Both the position numbers and the translations under genes were made by a program. DNA of 64,000 nt from Eledone cirrhosa (Eukaryota). Below, in pieces: positions 1-11,596 of the stretch. Within the stretch, counting starts at the first letter, position 1; the number at the start of each line of letters is the position of its first letter. The notes below the pieces were generated by a model. It searched no databases and was not told the DNA's origin. It was given only the letters and a program-made list of their open reading frames with translations. The stretch lies in assembly GCA_964016885.1 (NCBI GenBank), contig OZ024746.1, positions 62,001-126,000 of the forward strand, read 5' to 3'.

Positions 1-1154
1 GCATTGCTGTAGCCCTAAGACAAAAATATATTAATATTGTTTTTACTGTTTAATGAAGTAGGTTAGGACAATGCCCACCACCCTTTCCGAGCCTCCATGA
101 CTTGTTGAAGAGAAGAAAGGATGGAGGTGTCCTCAAATGAGGGACTTATTTTCAACAAAGTGGCTTTGCTAAAGGTACCCAATGTTCAGGGAGTGATGTT
201 AATCCAAGTAGGCTACAGAAGTATTTGAACTCAGAATGCAGAAAGTGAGAACAAATCTTACAAGGCATCTCCCTCAATCATCATCAGGTTTAGTGTCCGT
301 GTTCCACGCTTGCATGGGTTTGGACGGGGGTTTTCCCACTTGAGGCAATGTTCTAACAATTCCACTAATCCATTGCCCTACTGATAATTTATTTTATCAA
401 CCATAAAACAATGAAAGGCAAAATTGACTTTGGCAGGATTTGAACTTACTGCCTATAATTTCCAAATAGTTTTGAAAATTAATCAAGAATTTGAAAGGAT
501 CTAGTAATATAACTAACTTTCATCAAGCTGGTGTTTGGAACATAACAAAAGTTCTTACATAAAATTGTGATGGATGATTTTTAGATGAATAAATCATCAT
601 TTGTTTTTCCATGTTTGCACATAAATATAAGCAGTTCAAAATAAAGTATATTATTGTAGAACCATGGTTTGTTTCAGACAGTTTAGTATCAAATAGTTAA
701 AATTTAAAAACTTGATAGAATTCTCTGAGCGATGAGAGTGAAAGAGGGAGGGTGTGTGTCTTTTTTAATCATTACAAACCTTTCATTTTTCAATTATAGT
801 GACATTTTCATTTAAAAAAATGTATTCATATATTTTGATTAGTCAGATTTTCAGTAAGCTTACAAAGTAATCAGTTTTAAATATAGATATTTTTTTTCTT
901 TATTCAATGTAGTCGTTAAAAAAAGAAGATATTTTAATAGTACATCATTGAAATGAAGAAAACTATAAAAAATATAGCCATTAAGATATGACAGCCTTTA
1001 GATTACATTCTGATTTAACGATTTGTAAATAAGATACTGTAATGAAATAACTAAATAACTGTTGTAGATTACAAACTAAAAGTGATGTAAAGATTGTCCA
1101 CTACTATCTGTAAATCTTGTTCAGATATAAAGTTTTTGTCCAGCTAATAAAATG

Positions 1155-1350
1155 AAAGAGTCGGGAACCCCCACCCGCCGAATGACGGCTGAGTTCCTAC
1201 CTTTTAACAGCTACTTCTGAACTGTTTGGATCTAGCGGTTAAAACAGCAGGAACTCAGCCCTCGGGGTCCCAACTCTTTCATATTACCACACTCTACTAC
1301 GCCAAGTATTGAGTACTTTGGTGAGTAATGGTCTCACAGGTTTTTACTGC
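1155..1350. mobile_element. Diverged solo arm of the palindromic foldback/MITE family seen at 55669-56304
   Basis: ggctgagttcct...aacagcta...tagcggttaaaacagcaggaactcagcc forms an imperfect hairpin; the downstream ctactacgccaagtattgagtactttggtg...atggtc resembles 56249-56290. Confidence 0.6.
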
Positions 1351-1370
1351 AACGATTCTGATATATATAT

Positions 1371-2045
1371 CATCATCATTTTACGTCTGCTTTTCCCTGC
1401 TTGCAAGGGTGGGACAGCTCCTATTCAGCACAGTATCTCTCCACTTGTCACGGTCCTTCATCTCCTCCGTGAGCTTCAGCGATCTGAGGTCTATTCCCAC
1501 CACCTCTGCCCATGTTTTTCGTGGTCTTCCTTCTACTGAGATTTCTTGGCACTTCTTTACCCAGTGGTCATCCTCCATGTGCCTCACATGTCCATACCAT
1601 CGCAGTCTTCTCTCCCGGACACTACAACTTATCCCTCTTATACCCAGTTTCCCTCTCAACTCATCTACGCTTGGTCATTCACGCACATTGACATTGCACA
1701 TCCAACAGAGCATGCTTGCTTCATTTCTCTCCAGCCGTCGCATAAACTCCGTAGTTGCTGCCCATGTCTCACTACCATGCAGCATCGCGCATCTCACACA
1801 AGCATCATATAACCAGCCTTCATTCGCAGGGAGGAACCCTTCTTTGTCAACAGAGGAAGCAGCTCCCTAAACTTCTAACCCGTCATTCTAGATACTATGG
1901 CCTCGGAGCAACCCCCTCCTTTGCTAATCTGATCACCTAGGTATTGGAAGCTATCAACCACTTCTATAGATCCTAACTGCATTTGAAAAATGTGTCTATC
2001 ACTGTGACTTCTGTCAAATTTCCCTGCACATCTATTGCATACGTA
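1371..2045 (-). mobile_element. 5'-truncated RTE-clade LINE, 3' fragment
   Basis: Minus ORF 1381-1659 (RERRLRWYGHVRHMEDDHWVKKC...GRPRKTW) is the RTE ORF2 C-terminus; (ATG)n tail at 1371-1379; reverse complement matches 18060-18634; sits next to (TA)n. Confidence 0.92.
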
Positions 2046-2064
2046 AATATATTTATACGCTTAA

Positions 2065-2285
2065 ATTTGGTGGTTCACCACTCGATAGAATTGGTCTTTC
2101 CTCAAAGTAAACAATGATGTAATGTTATGTAAGCATTCGACATTATGCATCTCATCCATCTTTGATGTTGAATCTTGTTGGTGGTGCAGGAATAGAGTTA
2201 ATCCGCCCGAATGAGAACAGAGCATTCATCAACCTGGTTGTCCACCTCATCATTGGTGTGAAAAGCCAAGCAAAGGAAGGTATTA
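2065..2285 (-). mobile_element. Decayed mariner-like transposase 3' end remnant
   Basis: Minus translation FHTNDEVDNQVDECSVLIRAD*LYSCTTNKIQHQRWMRCI resembles the mariner C-terminus (F..DEV...V..W.....FY..GI..L..RW..C); a TIR-like sequence lies near 2066-2085. Confidence 0.4.
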
Positions 2286-2384
2286 ATATAACCATAATGC
2301 ATAAACCACGAATTCTGAGTATATATGTGTGACATGAATATTATAAAGTTTTAATGTTGGGATTTCTATTTAAAGAACATACAA

Positions 2385-2685
2385 TAGCCACGGGCATAAC
2401 AGTGTGGTTAAGGCATTTGCTTTGTAACCACATGGTTTCAGGCTCAGCTACACTGTGTGGTACCTTCGGCAAATGTCTTCTACTGTTCAGTGAAATTTGA
2501 TACACAAAAACTATGTGCCCGCCTGTGCATGTGTCTGTTTACTTTGCTGTTTATATCCAGCAACTTAGTAGTTCTACAACACAAAAAAAAAGATTGATAA
2601 AATATAGCAGACTCGAATCCCTTAAAGGCAATGCCTCAACATGGCTGCTGTCTAATGACTAAATCTAGTAAAGGAATAAAAGAAT
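2385..2685 (+). mobile_element. Old tRNA-derived SINE
   Basis: Degenerate A/B-box head (gcataacagtgtggttaagg...ggtttcaggctcagcta) followed by accttcggcaaatgtcttctact; a similar head is at about 59855-59930. Confidence 0.55.
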
Positions 2686-3394
2686 AGTGCAAAACATGCT
2701 TATATATCATCATCATGACACCAGCACAAGGGAAGCTGTCTTTGACACAACTGAAGGGTTTTCCCAACCCTTTGTTTGGCAACTTTCTACAGCTAGACGC
2801 CCTTCCTACCATCAACCACTTTACAACATGTACTGTGTGCATTTATCATGTAGATCGCCAATACAAAGGAGGTTACTGCGCCGTTGACACAATTGAAGGG
2901 TCCTCTCGAACCTTTGCCAACCAACTTACAGAGTGTACTGGGTGTATTTTTGTGGCACTGTCACTAGAGGTTGTCAGTTATTGTCCCAACTAAAGAACTC
3001 TTTCTGCTTTAAGGTAGGGGTGAAGGAAGATAACAATGATGTTATACATGTATGGCCAATGGCATGGGGGAGGGGGTTGTCACAGCTGTGTCGGGATTTT
3101 TGAAGGTGTTTGTAGTGATGGTGAAAATATGGTGGTGTAGTAGGGCGTGCACAAGAATGGAGAGAGAGAGAGTAGCTACTGCGAAGTATTTAGTTCAAGA
3201 GCTGCTATTTGAATTAAAGATAAGCTCAAATAGAAAATAAGAAACAACAGAACCTGAACTTGTATTTTCTAATGTACATTAACTTTTTTTCTTTTTTAAT
3301 TCAGATTAATAAGTAAATACTTCTTTAAAAAAAAAATTCTAATTTCTACAGCCAATTCTTAGCTAAAATTTAAAAAAACAAAAACATTCCTTAC

Positions 3395-3425
3395 CTCTTC
3401 CACTTTCATAGGAAGTACCACTCGA
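3395..3425 (-). CDS. Internal 31-nt coding exon (exon 2) of a class I phosphatidylinositol transfer protein gene (PITPalpha/beta, vibrator-like)
   Basis: Minus strand: polypyrimidine tract tctttttcttctctttctttatag | T CGA GTG GTA CTT CCT ATG AAA GTG GAA GAG | gtaagg. The peptide (Y/F)RVVLPMKVEE matches the conserved PITP N-terminus KE(Y/F)RVILPxxVEEYQV, and the 31-nt phase 2 to phase 0 exon fits the PITP structure as I recall it. Downstream exons are probably left of the window. Confidence 0.8.
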
Positions 3426-4782
3426 CTATAAAGAAAGAGAAGAAAAAGACTTGTTAGTAATAAAGAATAATAATTTACAATGTGCACTTATTTGCTGTCA
3501 CACTGTAGACTGAAGATGTGTATATATACATTAACATAATACCAATCAAAATAATTGGGTTTATGCTAAAAATATAAGTCCTTTAAAACATGTAAAGATG
3601 TTTGAATCCTCAAGTTTTCTTTTGTTACTTCAGCCATAAGCCATCTTTCCTTTCACCATTTAAATGAACAATTTTCTTCCATATTTTCTGTAATCGTTAC
3701 CAAACCTACATCCATTAAATTTCACTGGCTTAGTTTTACTGATACTCTGTTGTTGTCCAAAGATGGACGATACATTGGTAATTATACATAGTGATAGACA
3801 GTGAGATAAACTGGCAGGCAGATATATAGACAAACAAAGATAAAGAGACAGACCGAGAATTAGGTTGGTAGATAAACAGCTACACATAGATATATACCTT
3901 CATGCATAGATAAATACATACTTGTAGAGATTGAATTTGCTTTCATTAATATATATGTTAATGACAAAAAAAAAAAAAAGAATTTAATGTTTACTACCTA
4001 TCTCTGAACATCAATGTGAAGACAAAGTGAGAAAACTATGCCAAGAACTCTTGTTTTATCCCTTCCTGCTTACACAAAGTTTTCACGTAACTGTCATTTT
4101 TTATCATCTATATCTATAAAAATGAAAATGTGTGTGTGCGTGCGTGCGCGTGCATGTGTTCCGCAGCAACTTTTGATCCGCAAGGCCGATTTTCAAAATT
4201 TCTTTTGTAATCAACCACAAATTTATCAGGGCCAGTTGGCACGACATTGCGAATGATCGACTCCCCATTTGTCCAGGTATAAAATCGATAAAACTGACTA
4301 TAGGTACAACTTTGCACAGAAAAAATCTCTATATCTATAAAAATGAAAAAGAAAGAGTGAGAGTGAAAGAAACAGACAGATTAAAAGAGGGGGATAGTGG
4401 GGGAGAGAGAGAGCGACAGACGCTGTGTTTGATACATGACAGTGGAAGAGGGAAAGGAAAGCTATAACTAATTAACATGTGTGCGTATATGTGTGTTTGT
4501 GCAGCGTTCCAGTAAGAGTTAAATCTATTAACATGTGCATGTACGTGTGTGCGTTTGAGCGTTTGCGTGTGTACGTGCATGTGGCGTTTCACTTACGCCA
4601 TTTTTTTCAGTGACAGTAGTTGTTGTAGATGATTATTTATAAACCGCATACTACTTATTTTATTACGAACTAGAATAAATAATCCTTCCCAAATGACTAC
4701 TTCTTCAGCGATAGGCAAAGTCACCTCTTCTCACCATACTTAAATTCTAGTGCAGCAAAAGGTTACTTCCGCATATTATACA

Positions 4783-7700
4783 ATGCCACGGTGAAAAAGA
4801 CGCCTACTTGGTAAATCTTCAGCTTCAGCTTTAAAAATGAAAAGAAGACGGTTGGAAGAAACGCCACAAATGACTCAATCCAGAAGAACAGAAATGCAGC
4901 CTCAACTTCGATTGCAAGAGCTTCAGAGAATAAGGGAAAGCGATTATTCCGCCAAAAGAAAAATGCTGAAGCAACTGCTATTGCACGAGCTGCAGAAAAC
5001 GAAATAACATTCGCTGCGACAGCAATGAAATGCTGCATCAACTTCTGCTGCTCGAAATGCAGAAAACGATGCTCAACGCTCACTGCGTGAAAAAAAATGC
5101 AGAGGCAACTGTTATTACACGAGCTGCGGAAACTGAAACAGCGTTTGCTACGACAGCAAAGAGATGCTGCATCAACTTCTGCTACACGCGCTGCAGAAAC
5201 TCAAACAACGTTTGCTGCGACAGCAAAGAGATGCTACATCAACTTCTGCTACACGCGCTAGAGAAACTGTTGAACACCGACAACAACGGCTGGGCGAGAA
5301 CGCACGTCGCAGAGCTTCTGCACAGGGTCTTTCAAAGCCTTGCAGAACACGGTAGCCGCTTAAGGCATTTAACTATGACCCAAACGATAGTTATGAGACG
5401 GATCCAGATAACCAAATTGGCACTATGTCTACAATTTGCCCGCTTTGCAATGCTAAAAAATGGCCAGGGGAAGCTAAAGGAATGTGCTGCGCCAATAGTA
5501 AAGTCAAACTGCCCCTTCTTCAGGACCCCCCTCAGCCGTTGAAGTTCCTATTGATAGGCGCGACGTCGGAGTCGAGAAAATTTCTTCATAAAATTCGTCA
5601 AATGACCTCCTTCGGATCAAAAATTCTCAATGAAGGTGGATTTATGCCTACTTTCAAAGTGCAGGGGCAGGTTTACCACAGGATCAGATCACCCTTACCT
5701 GTGGCAAATGCAGAGCACAACTTTCTTCAGATTTACTTCATTGCTGACTACAGAGAACAGGCAGAGAGACGGAAAGCCATTTCACCCAAAACCAACCCAG
5801 AGCTGTTAATTCACCTTCAAGAAATGCTGCATACGAACAACAGTTACGTGCTTAGCTTCAAATATGCTCTGGGAAATGCACCTTTAAACAACTTCAACTT
5901 GGTTCTCAATGCTGAAGAAAGACCACCCTGATAGCATGCCGTTCGCTACAATCCACCCGCATAGTTGCTATAGTCCTCCATGGTGATCAACACAACAGAA
6001 GAGACGTTCTTAAACGTCGTGACAACACCCTTCAACGGATCAGTGAGATACACAGATCCTACGATGCACTGATGTATCCACTTCTCTTTCCGCGTGGTGA
6101 AAACGGATACCACACCACGATTCCGCAGTTCAACCCACTGGCACCTGACCAACCTACCAATAAGACAGTGTCTTGCATGCAATTCTATGCCTACCACTTC
6201 ATGGTCCGCAACAACTGCTTTAACCACTTTCATCGTTCACAACTATTCAACCAATTTGCTGTAGACATAGCCATGAAAATGGAGATTGAACGACTGTGCT
6301 TCATAAGATTAAACCAGATAAAACTACGCTGCGACGATTACATTCACCTACGTGATGGAATGAACAATAATGAAAACCCAGATAACATTGGAAAAGTTTG
6401 CATTTTACCTTCAACCTTCAAAGGAAGTCCCCGTTGTATGCATTCAAGAACCCAGGACGCGATGACGTATGTGCGCGAGTACGGCAAACCAGACCTATTT
6501 ATTACTTTTACATGCAATCCTTCGTGGCAAGAAATTGCCCATGAACTCCTTCCAGGACAACAGCCCAGTGGTCGCCATGACCTCTCATCCAGAGTCTTCG
6601 AGCTAAAAGTATACAAACTAATGGACCTTATCACAAAGGGCCAGGTATTTGGACGTGTGCAATGTTACATGTACACAATTGAATGGCAGAAGCGGGGACT
6701 CTCCCATGCTCACATTCTTATTTGGTTGTCGACAAAAATCAGAGCAGACGACATCGACAAGATTATATCCGCTGAGCTGCCAAACCCGCAAACTGACAAA
6801 ACCCTATTTGACAGGGTTACGGCGTACATGGTTCACGGTCCTTGTGGACGTGGCTTCAAATCTAACTGCCCGTGTTTGAACAACGGTATTTGCTCCAAAA
6901 AATACCCAAAAGCCTTCCTTCGCGAAACTCAAACTGCTGATGACGGATACCCATCATACAGACGTAGAAGCCCTGAGGGCGGAGGATTAACAGCACTGGT
7001 TGGAAAACTTGAAATTGACAACCGATGGATTGTACCGTACTGCCCATTACTTCTCAAGGCGTTCAACTCCCAGATAAATGTTGAATGATCAAATATGTCT
7101 GCAAGTATATAAATAAGGGCCCAGATGCCACTATGTTCAGGCTTAAAGAAGAAAACAAACAGGATGAAGTTGCACAGTACCAATCAGCACGATATATAAG
7201 TACCAACGAGGTCTTTTGGCAAATTTACCGTTTGTCAATGCACAGCGGCCAATAAGTGTACTATACAAAACAAACAGCTTTTCTGAGGGCTCTGCAACCA
7301 AGGAACACAACTCTTACTGCATTCTTTCAACTATGTCAAGGCGACGCATTCGCTTGCACTTTGCTGTATCCCCAAGTTCCCTCTTTCTACAAATGGGAAA
7401 AGTATTCATGGAAGCCAAGAATCAAAGGTGAAAGCATTGATGGTCATCCAGATTTTAACTTTGACAGCTGCCTGGCGCGAGTTTACACAGTGCTCCCCAT
7501 CTACCAAGAATATTACTACCTGCGTATGCTTTTCCATGACGTAAGAGGACCAACCAGTTTTCAACACCTAAGAACTGTTGATGGCCAAATTTGCGACACG
7601 TACAGAGAGGCCTGCCTCGGGCGAGGACTACTGGAAGATAGTGCTCAGTGGGAGGCCACTTTGGCAGAAGCAGTTGTTTCACAAATGCCACAGCCTTAGG

Positions 7701-9383
7701 AAGCTTTTTGCTGTCTTACTGTACATTTGTGAATTGCCCGATCCTTCCTTCTTGTGGCTCAAGTACAGAGATGACCTCTCTGAGGACTTCAGACATCAAG
7801 CACAACTTTCTGATATGGAAGTAGGCTTCACAGATGAAATCTACAACAAAGCACTTATTGAAATTGAAAACATAATTGCTGCAATGGGTGGGAATGCACT
7901 GCAGACATATGACCTGCTCCATACCAACAGAACAGGCTCCGACGTCATTTCCGCAGAAATACTTCGGGAACTATCCTACGACACTGACTACGCTTGGCTA
8001 CATATTTCACTTAACATGAATCAATGCTGCTGCAGGAACAGGAAAGACCATATAACACTATTGCTGACTGTGTCCACCGTCATACGGGAGGAATCTTTTT
8101 CTTGAACGCCCCTGGAGGCACAGGGAAGACTTTTGTCATACGGCTTCTCCTTGCCAAGGTTCGACAACACAGACACATAGTGCTTGCTGTTGCATCTTCC
8201 AGAATTACAGCAACCTTGCTTCCTGGGGGCAGGACAGCACATTCAGCCTTCAAACTCCCCCCCTCAATATGACAGCAAATGACACACCATGCTGTAATAT
8301 TACCAAAGGATCAGAAAAGGCAGAACTGCTTAAAAGGTGTGAACTTATAGTTTGGGACGAATGTACCATGGCTCATAAAGGAGCTTCGGAGGCACTGGAC
8401 CGGACTTTAAGAGACATAAGAGACTCCCAGGATCCCATGGAGGCGTGACTGTCCTTTTATCCGGAGATTTTAGACAAACTCTCCCTGTTATTCCCAAAGG
8501 AACAAGGGCTGATGCTATTCGAGCATGCTTAAAGTCATCTCCGCTTTGGCATTATGTCACAACATTAACGCTCTCTACGAACATGAGAGCTCGGATGCTT
8601 GGTGACCAAGTGTCATCAGATTTTGCTACCAACCTATTGACACTTGGGAACGGCAAAGTGCCACTTGATGAAGATGAAAAAATCTCCCTCGAACCGGTCT
8701 GCGCTTTAGTCGACAGTGCTGACGACTTGACAGATGCAGTATTCCCCGAGTTGAGCACTAACTACCAAAATCCAAACTGGCTGTGCGAAAGGGCAATACT
8801 GGCTCCGAAAAATGAGACTGTCGACAAAATCAACGGACAACTGCTTAAGTCTCTTCCTACAGCTTTGTGTACATACAAGTCCATCGATACAGTCACAGAC
8901 CCCATTAACTACCCAATTGAGTTTCTTAACTCATTGAACCCCTCCGGGTTGCCATCTCATCGATTGGAACTTAAGCAAGGATGCCCAATTATGCTTTTGA
9001 GGAATCTACACTCACCAAAACTCTGCAACAGCACCCGCCTTACAGTAAATAAACTAACGCAAAACTTGATTGAGGCGACGATTCTCTCGGGGTGTGGAAA
9101 GGGGGAAAATGTTTTTATCCCAAGGATTCCCCTTTGTCCGTCAACATCAGAGATCCCCTTTTCATTTAGGAGACTCCAGTTTCCAGTTCGTTTTAGTTTC
9201 GCTATGACAATAAATAAGTCTCAGGGGCAAACATTGTCCGTCGCGGGAATAAACTTAGAAGAGCCATGCTTATTGCACGGTCAGCTATATGTTGGATGTT
9301 CCAGAGTGAGAAGCAAAAGAAACCTTTATGCATTTACTCCAAACGGTAAAACCACAAACATTGTGTACCAAGGAGTTCTGTAA
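4783..9383 (+). pseudogene. Helitron RepHel protein (STPR-like repeats, Zn finger, HUH Rep, PIF1-family SF1 helicase), broken by stops and frameshifts
   Basis: MPR*KRR start; 23-aa repeats (RAAETQ..RLLRQQRDATSTSAT); CPLC...MCC; Rep motifs YGKPDLFITFTCNP, TIEWQKRGLSHAHILIW and KYVCKYINKG (about 7090-7120); helicase motifs NAPGGTGKTF, IVWDECTM, GDFRQTLPV, QFPVRFSFAMTINKSQGQT, HGQLYVGCSRV. Spread over ORFs 5425-5931, 6072-7088, 7256-7699, 7578-8105, 8024-8272 and 8445-9383. Confidence 0.95.
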
Positions 9384-9609
9384 TCAGTACTGCGACACAA
9401 ACCGACTTCTAACAATCAAATACCTCGCTGCTTTCAATAATTACCAAATTGTAGATATACTGCCTTTTTAAAATTCATAACACCATACTTTTCGACTGTA
9501 AACGTTGTGACCACTTTGAGCTGCACGGTATTGAAATGCACGTTCCCAACCGGTTGGTTGAGCCAGTTTTCCATGGATTTGCCAGTGTGTGCAGCAGACG
9601 ATTCACATG

Positions 9610-10120
9610 TCTTTGCTGCCGCAGTTGACGCTGTGTTTCAGTTGATACAGCTCAAACAGCAGATGTTGACTCACAGTTCTTTGCTGCCGCAGTTGATGCA
9701 GCTCGAGCTGCGGAAGTTGACTCCCATTTCTTTGCTGCCGCAGTTGATGCAGCTCGAGCTGCGGAAGTTGACTCCCATTTTTTTGCTGCTGCAGTTGACG
9801 CTTTGTTCGGTTGATGCAGCTCAAGCTGCGGAAGTTGCCTCAGCATTTCTATGCCACCGTAATGAACGCTGTGGTTCGTTCTCTGTATCTCGTGCAATAG
9901 ATGTTGCCTCAATATTTGCTTTCTGTCGCAGTGAGGGTTGAGAATCGTTTTCTGCACTTCAAGCAGCAGCAGTTGCCTCAGCATTTATTTGCTGTCGCGT
10001 CGAATGTTGTGTTTCGTTTTCTGCATCTCGTGCAATAGAAGTTGCCTCAGCATTTTTCTTTTGGCGTAATAATCGCTATTCGTTATTCTCTGTTACTTTT
10101 GCAATCGAGGTTGGTGCAGA
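9610..10120 (-). repeat. Inverted, diverged copy of the Helitron's own STPR-repeat coding region, with an internal ~48-bp tandem repeat
   Basis: Reverse complement of about 9900-10115 aligns with 4895-5110 (gcgattatt.cgccaaaagaaaaatgctga.gcaact.ctattgcacgag.tgcagaaaacgaaa); units gttgactcccatttctttgctgccgcagttgatgcagctcgagctgcggaa repeat at 9665-9830. Confidence 0.88.
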
Positions 10121-10703
10121 ATTTGTGTTGAGGAATTTTGAGCGTCCATGTTTGGTCTATGTCACTGCAACCAGTCTAAGGAAAGCAACATCACAGTTTC
10201 TATTGGCAGCCACAACTATACAGAATGGTAAGCATTTCAAACTACATAAATCATTAAAATGCCTACATATACGCAATGCATAACGAAAACTTTACATGTT
10301 TCTACTATAGCAAACATATGGCACCCCCCCTCATTTGTACCTTTCACTCAAAGTCGTCATACATTATCTCGGTCATCCCGCAACGACTTCAGTCCCTGAA
10401 TTGTCAAACATCTCACATTATTGTCATAAATTCCATGTGACTCACTTTTGGGCTGCTGACTTCCTTGTGGCATAGTTCGCATTTGGAGCTTCACCGTGTC
10501 AACGTCATACTTTTACACTCATTCACCTTTCATATGCCATAAAATTTTACTGTTTTTACATCGAACAACACGTACTTCTTATGGTTAAAAATAATTTTTT
10601 TTTTTTGGGGGGGGGGGGGGGTCGAGCTACGTTGTTTTCTCTTTAAAAAAATTATTTACTACTGGTAGACTTACACCTGGGCAACGCTGAGTATGGCTGC
10701 TAG

Positions 10704-11593
10704 TCTATATATATAAAACTGAGGATGTCAGTCTGTTTGAGTTTGCATCCTTAAATCTCGAGAAGCACCCAACCGACTGTTTTCAAACTTTACACATGTA
10801 ATACTTATGTTTCAAGGAGTGTTCTGAGCAAAAGAATTTCAAATTTTCAATGCCCTAGGCGATTTAGCGATCTCTCTCTATAATTCTTAGTCTTTCTCTT
10901 TTTAGATAGATACATACATATAACGTCACGCCCTTATACTATCTGTCTGTATGTCTGACTGTCTGCATTACATCACTTCCCTGAGGATGTCTGTCTGTGT
11001 GTGTGAGTTTGAATCCCTAAAACTCGAGAAGTACCCAACCGACTTTTTTCAATATTTACATGTGTATTACTTATGTTTCAGGGAGTGTTATGCACATAAG
11101 AAAATTCAACTTTTTGATCCCCTAGGGCCCGCATTAGGTGAAAAACTGCATTTTTTCAGGTTTTTAGGGGTTTTTTTAGGTGTTACGTCAGACCAATTTC
11201 CTTCAAATTGTAACTATGTATTAGTCCGTCTCTTCTTCATACCGTGAGCAAAGAAAATCCAACTTTGTTATGGCCTAGGGCCAGCATTAGGTGAAAAACT
11301 TCATTTTTTCAGCTTTTCAGGGCTTTTTTGAGGCGTTGTGTCTAGCCAATTTTCCTGAAAGTTCAAGGCATATTATGCACATAAAAAAATTCATTTTCTT
11401 GGGCCCGGATTAGGTGAAAACCTGCCTTTTTCCTGCTTCATCGAGAAAAATCTTAAAGATTATCCAGCCATCAGAGTATTCAATTTATTTTCTTTACATA
11501 TTGTCTAGGCATGCAGTTTTTCCACGATTAGGTCTGTTGGCAGCCCGCGTTCCAAAATACCTTATCCCGTGCAACCCCGGGTACCACTGCTAG
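10704..11593 (+). mobile_element. Non-autonomous Helitron, copy A
   Basis: 5' TCTATATATATAAAACTGAGGATG; 3' hairpin cccgtgcaaccccggg then CTAG at 11590-11593; internal duplication of its 5' segment (about 10980-11140 vs 10718-10860). Confidence 0.88.
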
Positions 11594-11596
11594 TAA

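Larger units (their letters stand above)
4107..10703 (+). mobile_element. Autonomous-type Helitron (rolling-circle transposon), decayed
   Basis: 5' A|TCTATATCTATAAAAATG at 4107; 3' GC-rich hairpin remnant (cctgggcaacgctgagt) then CTAG|T at 10700-10703; encloses a Rep/helicase pseudo-ORF. Confidence 0.9.

Noticed and set aside
1309-1940. Plus-strand ORFs (up to 180 aa) and their look-alikes at 18172-18678 and 35820-36959
   Set aside because: Antisense shadows of RTE ORF2.
8445-9383. Host PIF1 helicase gene
   Set aside because: Intronless, downstream of a HUH Rep domain and inside TC...CTAG termini, so it is the Helitron helicase.
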